Source of the DNA: Naegleria gruberi | Lineage: Eukaryota | NCBI GenBank assembly: GCA_000004985.1 | Contig: GG738848.1 | Length of the DNA stretch: 64,000 nucleotides | Reading direction: 5' to 3' (one strand) | Shown here: piece after piece, positions 1 to 11,000 of the stretch | Numbering within the stretch: position 1 is the stretch's first letter | Layout: each line of letters opens with the position of its first letter | Position numbers and translations under genes: made by a program | Notes under the pieces: generated by a model | Databases searched by the model: none | What the model saw: the letters and a program-made list of their open reading frames with translations, nothing else | Told to the model about the DNA's origin: nothing

Positions 1-444
1 AAACCCAAACCCAAACCCAAACCCAAACCCAAACCCAAACCCAAACCCAAACCCAAACCCAAACCCAAACCCAAACCCAAACCCAAACCCAAACCCAAAC
101 CCAAACCCAAACCCAAACCCAAACCCAAACCCAAACCCAAACCCAAACCCAAACCCAAACCCAAACCCAAACCCAAACCCAAACCCAAACCCAAACCCAA
201 ACCCAAACCCAAACCCAAACCCAAACCCAAACCCAAACCCAAACCCAAACCCAAACCCAAACCCAAACCCAAACCCAAACCCAAACCCAAACCCAAACCC
301 AAACCCAAACCCAAACCCAAACCCAAACCCAAACCCAAACCCAAACCCAAACCCAAACCCAAACCCAAACCCAAACCCAAACCCAAACCCAAACCCAAAC
401 CCAAACCCAAACCCAAACCCAAACCCAAACCCAAACCCAAACCC
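1..444. repeat. Telomeric repeat array (CCCAAA)n, 74 perfect units; G-strand repeat TTTGGG
   Basis: Perfect tandem hexamer aaaccc runs from nt 1 to 444. It ends at a unique junction (…acccaacatcgaatatcaaattt…). C-rich strand 5'->3' at the start of a contig is the expected orientation for a left chromosome end. Confidence 0.9.
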
Positions 445-447
445 AAC

Positions 448-1153
448 ATCGAATATCAAATTTATTTTGACTTTCATATATATAGATTTCTTCCCTCAAT
501 CACAAATGGTCTGAAAAGGATAAAATCTTGAAAAAGAACCACTTTTGAAATTTTACCAACATGATGTAGATGATCTATAATGATGTAGAATTCAATTTCA
601 TATCATAAGAATAAGAAATGGTACCGTAGGAAGATAATGGTTGACTTTATAAGGTTGACTTTAAGGAAAGACAAGTCAGACCAACTCTATCAAATACATC
701 ACTTCAATCAACAAAATATATATGAAAATGCTCCATTCGATGTGTAGAGATAGAATATCAAGTTTATTTTCACTTTCATGTTCATGATTTCAACTCACTC
801 TATCATACCAACTAGTCAACTGAGTAAAACGAATGAAAATCTGGAAAATGACCACTCTATTAAACATTACCATCATGTTCAACATCTCAAATACTGCATA
901 TGGTTCAAGTTTCAGACATTTTGGTGAATATTTCATCTTTCAGTAAGGTAAAGGGTGAAATTTCAGAGTTGACTTTGAAGGACAAGGAGGAAATCTTGAA
1001 TATAGAGAACTACATCCTCAATCAACAAAATACATATCAATCGATTGGAAATCATTAGTACATCTCGAAAATATAATTTATTTTATGATTTGAAATCTCT
1101 CCTTGACCTTTTTAGTCAATTAAGACAAATAAGGATGATACAATAGGGAAAGN
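448..1153. repeat. Subtelomeric satellite, higher-order repeat copy 1 (diverged ~300-bp monomers), abutting the telomere
   Basis: Monomers at ~448-700 and ~700-1010 share motif order (gaatatcaa[a/g]tttatttt[g/c]actttcat … gaaaatct[t/g]gaaaa … [a/g]gttgacttt[a/g]aagga … catc[a/c]t[t/c]caatcaacaaaata) at roughly 65-70% identity. The whole block recurs at 2540-3018 and 3320-3870. Confidence 0.75.
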
Positions 1154-1562
1154 NNNNNNNNNNNNNNNNNNNNNNNNNNNNNNNNNNNNNNNNNNNNNNN
1201 NNNNNNNNNNNNNNNNNNNNNNNNNNNNNNNNNNNNNNNNNNNNNNNNNNNNNNNNNNNNNNNNNNNNNNNNNNNNNNNNNNNNNNNNNNNNNNNNNNNN
1301 NNNNNNNNNNNNNNNNNNNNNNNNNNNNNNNNNNNNNNNNNNNNNNNNNNNNNNNNNNNNNNNNNNNNNNNNNNNNNNNNNNNNNNNNNNNNNNNNNNNN
1401 NNNNNNNNNNNNNNNNNNNNNNNNNNNNNNNNNNNNNNNNNNNNNNNNNNNNNNNNNNNNNNNNNNNNNNNNNNNNNNNNNNNNNNNNNNNNNNNNNNNN
1501 NNNNNNNNNNNNNNNNNNNNNNNNNNNNNNNNNNNNNNNNNNNNNNNNNNNNNNNNNNNNNN
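1154..1562. other. Assembly gap (run of N)
   Basis: 409 consecutive n characters. The ORF-track entries made of X residues here are artefacts. Confidence 0.99.
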
Positions 1563-2029
1563 CATTATTCAATATAGAACACATCTAGATAGTTTCCAGA
1601 TCATAAAAGTCAAGCTACTATATATGGTCTTTGATTAAATTTAAAAATAGACTGCCGTTAATTACTGGAATATTAACTCAAAGCTTGATGATGAAGCTAT
1701 TGATTGAAATCAAACCGATTATTGAATATTGATCATTGAATAGGTGAATAATCACTCTCTTGATAATGTTACTTATTCATATTGCATGCAAATCAACCTG
1801 ATTCAATCTACAAAGGTTGGTAGTTGCACCACTTCGTGGCGAAACTACCCATCCACGATCAATCAACATTAGATTCACTTCCATTCAACTCAATTTGACC
1901 GTTATAATCAATAAATCAATGAAATGTTACTTTATTAGCAATACCTATTCAATTTAATGAGTAGATTCACGTCCCAAACATTTGACTTCTCAAAGTCCAT
2001 AATTCAAAAGTTGATACTGACCTGACCTT

Positions 2030-2215
2030 TATATATCTATCAATATAAGAATTGAAACCATCAAATATACATCATTAATAGATCATAAGAAATATAATCA
2101 ATGATATAAATCTTCACTAAGTAATCTCTTAAATAACCCAAATAAATCAACTCTGAATCCTAACCAAACCCAAGAATTCTTCTAAACCCAACCTTCAAAC
2201 CCTAGCCCAAAATTA
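2030..2215. repeat. Dispersed subtelomeric repeat B (copy 1) ending in degenerate telomere-like units
   Basis: About 160 bp (cctgacctttatatatctatcaata…aatcaactctgaatcctaaccaaaccc) recurs at 7843-7995 with ~85% identity. It is followed by degenerate CCCAAA-like units (aaccaaacccaag…ctaaacccaacc…caaaccctagccc), an interstitial telomere-like tract. Confidence 0.7.
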
Positions 2216-2539
2216 TAAACTTATTCAAATATCATTAAATCTTATATCATTCGATAGGAAATGATGAGTAGAACAACGTAGTATATTTAGTTTTTCAATT
2301 TATAAAATATTAACTTTGTAAATAATATCAGATTAAAATTTGTAAAATGATACCATAGGAAGAATGATAATTTCAAAATCCTTTAATGAGATTATATAGT
2401 ATATATCTTCACTAACAACATTCATAATCACTCTCATATGAAATTTCTAAACTTCATGTCTGTAGGTATAAAAGTATCAAGTGAAAAGGGAAGTTGTGAG
2501 GTAAAAGAGGTCAACAATAACTTTTGAGTTTCTCATCAA

Positions 2540-3018
2540 AACATATTATATCCTAATATGAAAATGTTCCATTTGATGAGTAAACATCGAATATCAAATT
2601 TATTTTAACTTTCATATTTACAGATTTCTTCTCAATCACACATGGTCTACTTTGATGAAAAGGATGAAATCTTGAAAAAGGACCACCTATTGAAACTTTA
2701 CCAACATGATGTACATGATCTATAATGATATAGAATTCAATTTCATATCATAAAAATTAGAAATGGTACCATGGGAATGTAAATGTTGATTTTACAAAGT
2801 TGACTTTAAGGAAAGACAAGTCAGATCAAGTCTATCAAAAACATCACTTCAATCAACAAATTACACATGTACATGCTCCATTAGATGTGTAGAGATAGAA
2901 TATCAAGTTTATTTTAACTTTCATAATCAAGATTTCATCCCTTTCATACCATCTAGTCAACTATGGACATGGATGAAAATCTGGAAAATGACCTCTCTAT
3001 GAAACACTTCCATCATGT
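2540..3018. repeat. Subtelomeric satellite, higher-order repeat copy 2 (first part, interrupted by gap)
   Basis: 2578-2960 aligns with 445-800 (taaacatcgaatatcaaatttatttt[a/g]actttcatat… through …gatgtgtagagatagaatatcaagtttatttt[a/c]actttcat). Confidence 0.75.
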
Positions 3019-3319
3019 NNNNNNNNNNNNNNNNNNNNNNNNNNNNNNNNNNNNNNNNNNNNNNNNNNNNNNNNNNNNNNNNNNNNNNNNNNNNNNNNNN
3101 NNNNNNNNNNNNNNNNNNNNNNNNNNNNNNNNNNNNNNNNNNNNNNNNNNNNNNNNNNNNNNNNNNNNNNNNNNNNNNNNNNNNNNNNNNNNNNNNNNNN
3201 NNNNNNNNNNNNNNNNNNNNNNNNNNNNNNNNNNNNNNNNNNNNNNNNNNNNNNNNNNNNNNNNNNNNNNNNNNNNNNNNNNNNNNNNNNNNNNNNNNNN
3301 NNNNNNNNNNNNNNNNNNN
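3019..3319. other. Assembly gap (run of N)
   Basis: 301 consecutive n characters. Confidence 0.99.
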
Positions 3320-3870
3320 AGGTGAAAATCAAGATATCAAAAACATCACTCCAGTCAATAAAACACATATGAAAATGTTGCAAATGATGAGTAGTCATCG
3401 AAAATATCATTTATTCTAATTGGAAATATCTCTAATATATACTTGGAAGTCAACTCTCCCTCAAATGAACAAGTGAATCAGCCAAGTTGCCAATCTCAAA
3501 TTAAATCATATAATCATGTTCCACATCTCAAATAATGTATATAATTCAGTTTTTAGACATTTTGGTAAATATTCCATCATTCACTAAGGTAAAGGGTGAC
3601 TTATCAAGGTTGACTTGGAAAGTTAAGGAGGAAATCTTCAAATAGAGAACTACATCCTCAATCAACAAAATACATATCAATCGATTGGAAATCGATAGTA
3701 AATCTCGAAAATATCATTTATTTTATGATTTGAAATCTCTCCGTTACCTCTTTTGGTCAATTAAGACAATTAAGGATGATACTATAGGAAAAATTACCAA
3801 TCTCAAAATAAATGATAATATCGTGTTCCACATCTCAAATAAAGTGGACTTTCTTCAAATTATATAATTT
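3320..3870. repeat. Subtelomeric satellite copy 2 (continuation after gap)
   Basis: 3540-3790 aligns with 900-1153 (…cattttggt[g/a]aatatt[t/c]catc[t/a]ttca[g/c]taaggtaaagggtga … caatcaacaaaatacatatcaatcgattggaaatc[a/g]t[t/a]agta[c/a]atctcgaaaatat[a/c]atttattttatgatttgaaatctctcc). Confidence 0.75.
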
Positions 3871-4039
3871 CATTTCAAGAAATGCATCCAGTAGATAGTA
3901 CATGGTGATATTTCAATGGCATGGCTGCAAATCTGAAAGATATAGAAACAACTCCATTTTCACTGAAATTAATACCATGATATGTAGACACTCTAATTAG
4001 CATATGATATCAATTTCATGAATATTGGTTCAGTAGATA

Positions 4040-4570
4040 TTGAGTTGTCAACTCTATCATTTTACTATAGAACTTTGACATAAAATCAAAGATTATGCTC
4101 CAACTCACTTATTTTATATGAAATTAGTCTAGAATTGATAACACACATTATATACATCATTTATATACATCCATATACGTATTGAAACAATTCATGAAAC
4201 TTACATTCAGTCAATCAGTAAATGTTCAATGTCAAGAGTGATTATATCCAAGTGTACACTCTATCTCAATGAAAGTACATCCTATTATCGTGTAACTTTA
4301 CCATGTACGTTTAGTCACACTGATATACAACTGGTATCATTTTTAGTGTTTTAGAATCGAATTCAATATGATAATAATAACAATCTGTCAAATTGTCATA
4401 TTTCAACATATAGAATATACTCCATCTCATTCATTTTTCAAAATATCATACAAGTATCAAATATGAATACACTTCCCTAGATGAGGAGAACAATCTGAGA
4501 AAGTTTCACATTCATGGCTCAGTATCTTAAATTCCACTAACTTACCTTAGAAGAAGGTTTACGTTCCATC
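4040..4570. repeat. Subtelomeric segmental duplication, copy D1
   Basis: Collinear (~70-80% identity) with 5020-5194 + 6048-6400. Shared blocks include …aatcagtaaatgttcaat…, …tttagtcacact…ggtatca[t/a]ttt[t/c]agt[g/t]ttttagaat[c/t]gaattcaatatgataataataacaatct…, and …atcaaatatgaatacact…gatgaggag[a/t]acaatctgagaaagtttca[c/a]att[c/g]atggctcagtatctt. Confidence 0.75.
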
Positions 4571-5019
4571 TCAGTCATTTCATAGAGTTATTGATCAATT
4601 CCAACAACAGTATGTTACTCACACATTATAGTACAATTCATGTTTCAAGAGTGATTTCTATGATAAAGTTGATGGAAGTGAGTGCCAAATGGCACTTTCA
4701 CTTCCAATATAGTAGTAAGCTTTGTTAATCCTTTCGATTCTGAGCCATTTTCACATCAACTTGAATCTATTTTTAACTTTTCCGCGCGTTTTTCGGTTTG
4801 ATCAACCGGCAAAAATAATTTTGATCAAGTGATTTTATTGCCACTAGCCACCATCATAACTTGATATATATAAATATTTAACAATTTCACATCAGCCGTA
4901 TATTGTGCCCCATTACCATCACCATCTTTTGACATCATTTGTGATATATATTGTTAATGTATTTAAGGAGAAAAGCTTAATAAATAGGGGTTGACATGGG
5001 ATCCTAACACTCTAGATAT

Positions 5020-6400
5020 TTGACATGATATCATAGATTATACTCCAAATCACTCATTTTACATATAACAAGTCTAGAATTGATATCACATAGTCTATAT
5101 ATCAATTAAATACATCTACAATAGTTAAGAAACATTTCAAACTATTTTCATAAAATTAATCAGTAAATGTTCAATATCTGTACACAAACTCCCTCCGCTT
5201 TTTTAACGGGATCCCAACTTTGATGACCCACAACAGAATAGTTACTTAGTGATTCATCATAATTTAACTTATATGGTGTGCGCCTGTATGTTAACTATCA
5301 TCAGAATTGTTTTCAGCAGTTTATGTGTAGTAGGTCGATTGAAAACCTCAATTGAGTGAAAACATATATGAAAATTTCAAAATCCAATAAAACCAGAACC
5401 AGTATATGCCAAGCTCCAAATATCGAGATATGTACTCAAAACATCTTGAAATATAACCACAATCATTGGTTTGTTGATATTTATTGTCTGGACAAAGATA
5501 TGCAGGGTTAAAGTTGAGCTATTTTTCAAACTCAACTCAGTTGAAGTGGAACTGAAATGGAAGGTTGTTTCGGACTGAGTACCAAATAAGCAAATAAAGT
5601 CCAACAACAAATATTTAAAAAATTTAAGTTTTATTATTGTTTCTACAACCAAAACAATATTGGTTGTAGTTGTATGTTCAGGAACACAATATTCACCAAT
5701 GGGAATGTCTTCCTCCTCCATGAGAACCATAACAGGTCATTCAAAGAGAACTGTGATGAGAGCAGAAGTGGCAACAACCATGTGAACGGAAGATAGCTTC
5801 CTGTATTGCTTGCAAGTCTTATCTGGTAGTGTGGTGGGGCATGATGAAGAGAAAGGACCTTGCTAGAGGAGATGTGGTATTGCCCGTAACACGTTGCCTA
5901 TTTTTTTGTTGATGTTGTTTGTTGAAGAGTGGAAATTAACCTGTAAATTAGAATTTGTTAAATTTTTAATGTAACGGTTTTCAAGCGCGCTTGGAAGTAA
6001 AATGGAGGATCCTGTCAAATTATGAGGGATCCCGTTAAAAAAGCCGGTGAATCCCTTCAACAGATATCAACATTATATATATCCTAGTGAACACTCCATC
6101 TCAGTGAAAGTTATTCCAATCATTCTGTAACTTTACCCAATACGTTTAGTCACACTATTTTACATCTGGTATCAATTTCATAGTTTTAGAATTGAATTCA
6201 ATATGATAATAATAACAATCTTTCAAAATATCACATTTCAAAAAAGAGATTACACTCCATCTCAGTCAGTTTACAAAATATCATACTAGTATCAAATATG
6301 AATACACTCCTCTTGATGAGGAGTACAATCTGAGAAAGTTTCAAATTGATGGCTCAGTATCTTCAAGTCACCTAAGTACCTTAGAATAGACAAGTCAATT
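5020..6400. repeat. Subtelomeric segmental duplication, copy D2 (carries an ~850-bp insertion)
   Basis: Same alignment as D1. The 5195-6047 segment has no counterpart in D1. Confidence 0.75.
5195..6047. mobile_element. MITE-like non-autonomous DNA transposon insertion (~853 bp) bounded by ~21-bp imperfect terminal inverted repeats
   Basis: Left end is ccgcttttttaacgggatccc (5195-5215). Right end is gggatcccgttaaaaaagccgg (6026-6047), whose reverse complement ccggcttttttaacgggatccc matches the left end with 1 indel. It is present only in duplication copy D2. No convincing internal ORF (ORFs 5377-5730 and 5863-6060 show no recognisable similarity), and the target-site duplication is not clear. 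Confidence 0.6.
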
Positions 6401-7842
6401 AAGTACATCAAGTCAACAATTGAAAATTGAAAAATAGTATATTTATTACAAATTAATAAGACTCTTCTAAATAACTATATTGTTTAAATCAATATTTGTA
6501 AAGTTGTCAATACATCATGTCACAGATCATACTCTATATCAATGAATACTTGGCTAAATCAATTGAAATTGACATAGAGTTGTTTATATGTAGTATTATA
6601 TATGTGGTATCAATATCTTTTAAAATTGTCAAGTATTAAGGAAGATCTAAAAAAATAAGGTGGTAATAATGAATAAGTTAGTAAAATCACCTTGAATCGA
6701 TCACTCGTCCCTTAATTGACGCTCCAACATACAACCACCGAACCAACAGTGCTATAGCTTTAATTTCTAGAAATGCTTTATATGAAGAACCCAGTGGTTG
6801 TATGACCATTAAGGGGGAATTGTCAGCTTCTATTAAGAACAACAATTAACAACAAACAACAACAAGAATTGTATCATTATATGATAATAACAATAATTTA
6901 TTAAACAATATGAAAGGGAGAAGTTGCTCCCTCACCAAATGATGGAAGATTCAACTTGATGAACAAGAGATGGTACCTCCACCATCTACTTAAATTCAGT
7001 ATCATTGAAGATTATCCTGATGATCTTGATAAATAGATTCATACATCGGAAAAGTGTTGGAAGCAGAGTAATTTGGCGTTGTATTTTGATAATCGTAATA
7101 TTTTAAAGGGTTAAAAATGGAGTTGATTAATGCGATTATCAAAATAATGGCTTTAAATCCATGGCTATTAGCACTGCCAACAAGCAAATAACTTGTGGAG
7201 TGAGAAGCATTACCACTTCCACCTTCTAAATAATATTAATAAATATTATGTTCAACACAGCTATTAAGCAACAGAAAATTAACAAGTTTAACACCAATTC
7301 AAATACAAAATACTCAACAATTACTGAATTAAATGCAAATGTCCCAACGTCATTTTGTAGAGAATTAAGTTGAACCTATGCGATTTTTCACCTTTTGCCA
7401 AATGGTTGCGTATCTAGCAAGCCCAAGAGAACAAAAAACACAGAAATATCGAGGTAAAACGAGTTGATTATCTCCATTATTTGATAGCAACCAATATTAA
7501 AATTATATATCAGCATGTAGCCGTGAACATTTCCTATCTAATGATATATATTGATGTATATGAAGTCTTATAAATAATGATGTTTTAAGAGCGCAGATTA
7601 ATATCCCAACCCTGTGACAATTACATCCAACCCAATATTTTCCATCATTGGTTTGCTGCTTCAGAACAAAAAATTACAAATTAAGGTGGATTCTTCACAT
7701 ACAGTCACTTTTGCCATTATGGTAATAAACCAACTCAAATAAGGATGAATCAATATTGTTTACTGGAATTGCCATAAAACATTTTTCAGCGAAACTCTTT
7801 CCTGGAAAGACCAGAGGAAAAATCTTTCCAGCTACAGTACTG

Positions 7843-7995
7843 ACCTTTATATATCTATCAATACAAGAAATGAAAATATCAAATTTACATTATTAATAGA
7901 TGATAAGAATTATAATCAATGATATAAATCTTCACTAAGAAATCTCTTAAATAACCCAAACAAATCAACTCTGAATCCTAACCAAACCTCATCTC
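7843..7995. repeat. Dispersed subtelomeric repeat B (copy 2)
   Basis: actgacctttatatatctatcaatacaagaaatgaaaatatcaaatttacattattaatagatgataagaattataatcaatgatataaatcttcactaagaaatctcttaaataacccaaacaaatcaactctgaatcctaaccaaacctc matches 2030-2190. Confidence 0.7.
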
Positions 7996-8054
7996 GCATA
8001 GAGTGGATCCAAATATATTAACAAAAGTGATATTTTACTTGTGAATCAGTTAGT

Positions 8055-11000
8055 TTATTCCAAGTCAACTCTCATTTGTTTTGCAAAGTTAACCTTTAAA
8101 TCCTTCTGTTTCAAAAAGTCATCATATAATTGGGAAGTTATAAATCTTGAGAATGTATCTTCCATATTCAATTCAATCTGTGCTTGCAAATCATTGAAAC
8201 AATCAGCAATTTGCTTTCTCAATCCTCCCTCAGACGAATCCATCATTTCCAAATCCTTATTTTCAACATTCACTTGCTTGTACAAGAGTATGAATTTCTT
8301 TCTGGTCGTTGATGGCACATTCACTTCACAAACAGCATTCGAAACCATGAATAAATCATGAATATTTTTCAAAAAGTCTGAAATTCCATCCAAATATCTT
8401 CCACTTGTGAATAGTTCATTATTCAATAGATAGTCATAGAGATAAATATTTTCAGTTGAGAATTCTGATTGACAGAATTTTTCAAATACTTGACGTGCAT
8501 CTTGATCTTGCAAGAATATTGACAACTTGGAAATATTTCCAATCTTGTCCAAGTTGACCTTCTTTTGAATGTATAATTTGAGAAGGATGAGTAAGGAGAA
8601 ACCACCAAATACCAAAACATAACAGAATTGATACAAAACTTCCATAATAAATACAGCAACATCATATTTGAGTGCTGTATCATAAACAGTAGTTCCCTTA
8701 AATCTATATTCATTACTGGTCAACCCAAGAGATTGTTGAACAATTAGCAAGGCAAAGTAAACCAAATAAATAGCCATTTCAGTTCTAAAGAATAGTGGAG
8801 AATCTAATGAGAAAACTTGAACTCCAGCTCTGCTGACCTTTCCCTTAATATTCGAAATTCTAATTGTGGTCTTCTTTCTTAATGAATTCAAATCGGTTGA
8901 TCCCATCGATTCCAAATTTCTGAAACCTCCTCTACTTCTCTTTCTATAATAAGAAACTGAAATGTCAATAATTGCCACAAGTGAAATAATGATACTAAAA
9001 AGGAAGATAATGACAGTGTATGAAATGGACACAATATATGTATAGGTTTGTGCAGGAATGACATTGGTTCTCACTAAAATTACCCACAAAGTCCAATACA
9101 AAATATTCAAAATTGCAAATGAAATGATTATTGACATGAATACACGAGCAGATGTCAAAACCTTCAAAAATCTGAATCTTACTGAACCTTTCGGTTTGTG
9201 TGTTGAGATTTTTCCATATAAAAGTTTGAGTAATTCAAATCTCACAACTTGAATCACATAGGAAAGAATTGCTGTCAAATTCAAAGTGTTTACAATGATC
9301 ATTGTAACGTTACCAACAATATTCGCAGAATTTTGTTCTTCTTCCCAAATATTGGTATTTGTTTGGAATAAATAGTCAATTAGGACAGATCTCTGAACTA
9401 TGGAAATCAAAATACTTTCTGTCAGTAAAGCAATCATTCCCAAATAAGGTGTAATTAATCTGGACGAAACTGGTTGCTTATTTCTGAAAATAATCAACAT
9501 GACCAATACGAAACCAGAAAGTAATGTAAACACCACACCAAATGCAATCTCAGCATAGTACAGTTTGGAGATTTCCACAGCTTGTGCAATGGTTGGACTT
9601 GATTTGTCATTAGTTCCTGTAACATTAGTTTGTTTGTATTCGATAAATGTGGAAAATTTTGTTGTGTGATTGGAGCTACAGTTGACTTGATTAGCAGTCA
9701 ATCCAATGAATAACATTCCCTTAGTCTTCCAATTTTTACAGGTTTCGTCCCAAAATTTACAAACAATTTCAGTTTCGTTAGTAAACTTGGTAAATTCTTC
9801 TTTGGAAATTGCCAAATTAAGAACGATAGGATCTGCTAAATCAGAAAGTTTTGTCAAATTATAGTTTTGATAATATTTAAAATCAATAATTGAGGATGCT
9901 GTCTTGTTTCCATTAGCATCTACATTCTTGGCATAGGTGACAGATGACAATCCAATGACAGCATTTGTACCTCCAGTTGACTTGGCAATACTTGCAATAT
10001 TCAGTACAACACTACTGTTAAATCCACTTTCCAAAATATTTTTCACAACTGGAGTACTGACAGGTGTGGAATCTGGATTAGTCTGACTGGCAGATGTCTG
10101 AGAAGAATTGGATGGAGCTGTAGTGGTCTGTAACACAATCGTAGCAACAGTTGTGACAATTGCTGGACTTGAATATGTTTCACTTGGAATGGTAACTTGA
10201 GTTTCAGTAGTAGTTGCGGAGGTACTCGTGTTATTCTTATTCGAATCATCAGAAGATGTTGATCCAGTGGAGCTTAATACAGTTGGAACTTGTCCTTTCA
10301 TAACTAGAGTATTAAAAGTTGTCAATGTTTGCTCGACAGTTTCTTGAACAGTGACAGCTGGCGTGGAAGGTGAAGAACTTGAATCAGTTGTTGAAGTGTT
10401 AGTTGAGGTATTGTCTGTACTAATGATATTCGACAAAACTTGCAAAGTACTTGTCAAGACTTCGGTAGAAACCTTTGATTTAACATAACCATAAGTATTC
10501 AGCTCAACTGTGTAAGTGTCAACAACGTTTTCCATGTAAGTATCAACTTTCTTGGTGACTTCTGTTACAATCTCAGTGGTAACCTTCTCAGTTTCCTTAG
10601 TTAGAACATTCAAAGCTGAAAGAGCAGTTTCGGCATTTTCTTGACTAATCTCAATAGCAATGACTTTTTGTAAAATAACTTCTGGAGTAATCTCAATTGA
10701 CTGATCATACAAGAGAACATTCTTCAACTCGTAACATGTTGAATTCATTAAATCTGCAGTCGAATTAGGATAAGAAGTTACAATGACACTTCCAATTGAG
10801 TATTCTTGAAGATTTCCATTAACATCTTGGACAAATGCAATAATTGGAAGAGAATCGTTGGTTACGAATGGAAGCGGAAAGGTTATATCACTAACCGTCG
10901 TGAATTGTGTAATTCTAATAGATTTTTGTAAAGTAGGATGGAAGAAACCATAAGCAAACGAAAGTGGTTGTAATTGGAAATCAGCAATCCAACCACTTGA

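Noticed and set aside
1-444. Regular short repeat that might superficially suggest a CRISPR or microsatellite array
   Set aside because: It is a perfect hexamer with no spacers, sits at the contig terminus, and has canonical telomere C-strand orientation. CRISPR is also not expected in a eukaryotic intron-containing genome.
1815-1860. Small GC-rich hairpin ggtagttgcaccacttcgtggcgaaactacc in the subtelomeric spacer
   Set aside because: It is an isolated 7+5-bp stem with no flanking conservation or recognisable RNA family, and is likely fortuitous.
1116-3419. ORF-track entries consisting of long runs of X (1116-1565, 1120-1584, 2963-3325, 2997-3410, 3015-3419)
   Set aside because: They translate the N-gaps and are not sequence.
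4781-4815. Near-palindrome tttttcggtttgatcaaccggcaaaaa in duplication copy D1
   Set aside because: It is imperfect and unique, with no paired partner that would make it a TIR. Noted only.
5377-6060. ORFs 5377-5730 and 5863-6060 inside the TIR-bounded insertion as a possible transposase
   Set aside because: They are too short, with no DDE or other transposase-like motifs and low-complexity composition. The element is treated as non-autonomous.
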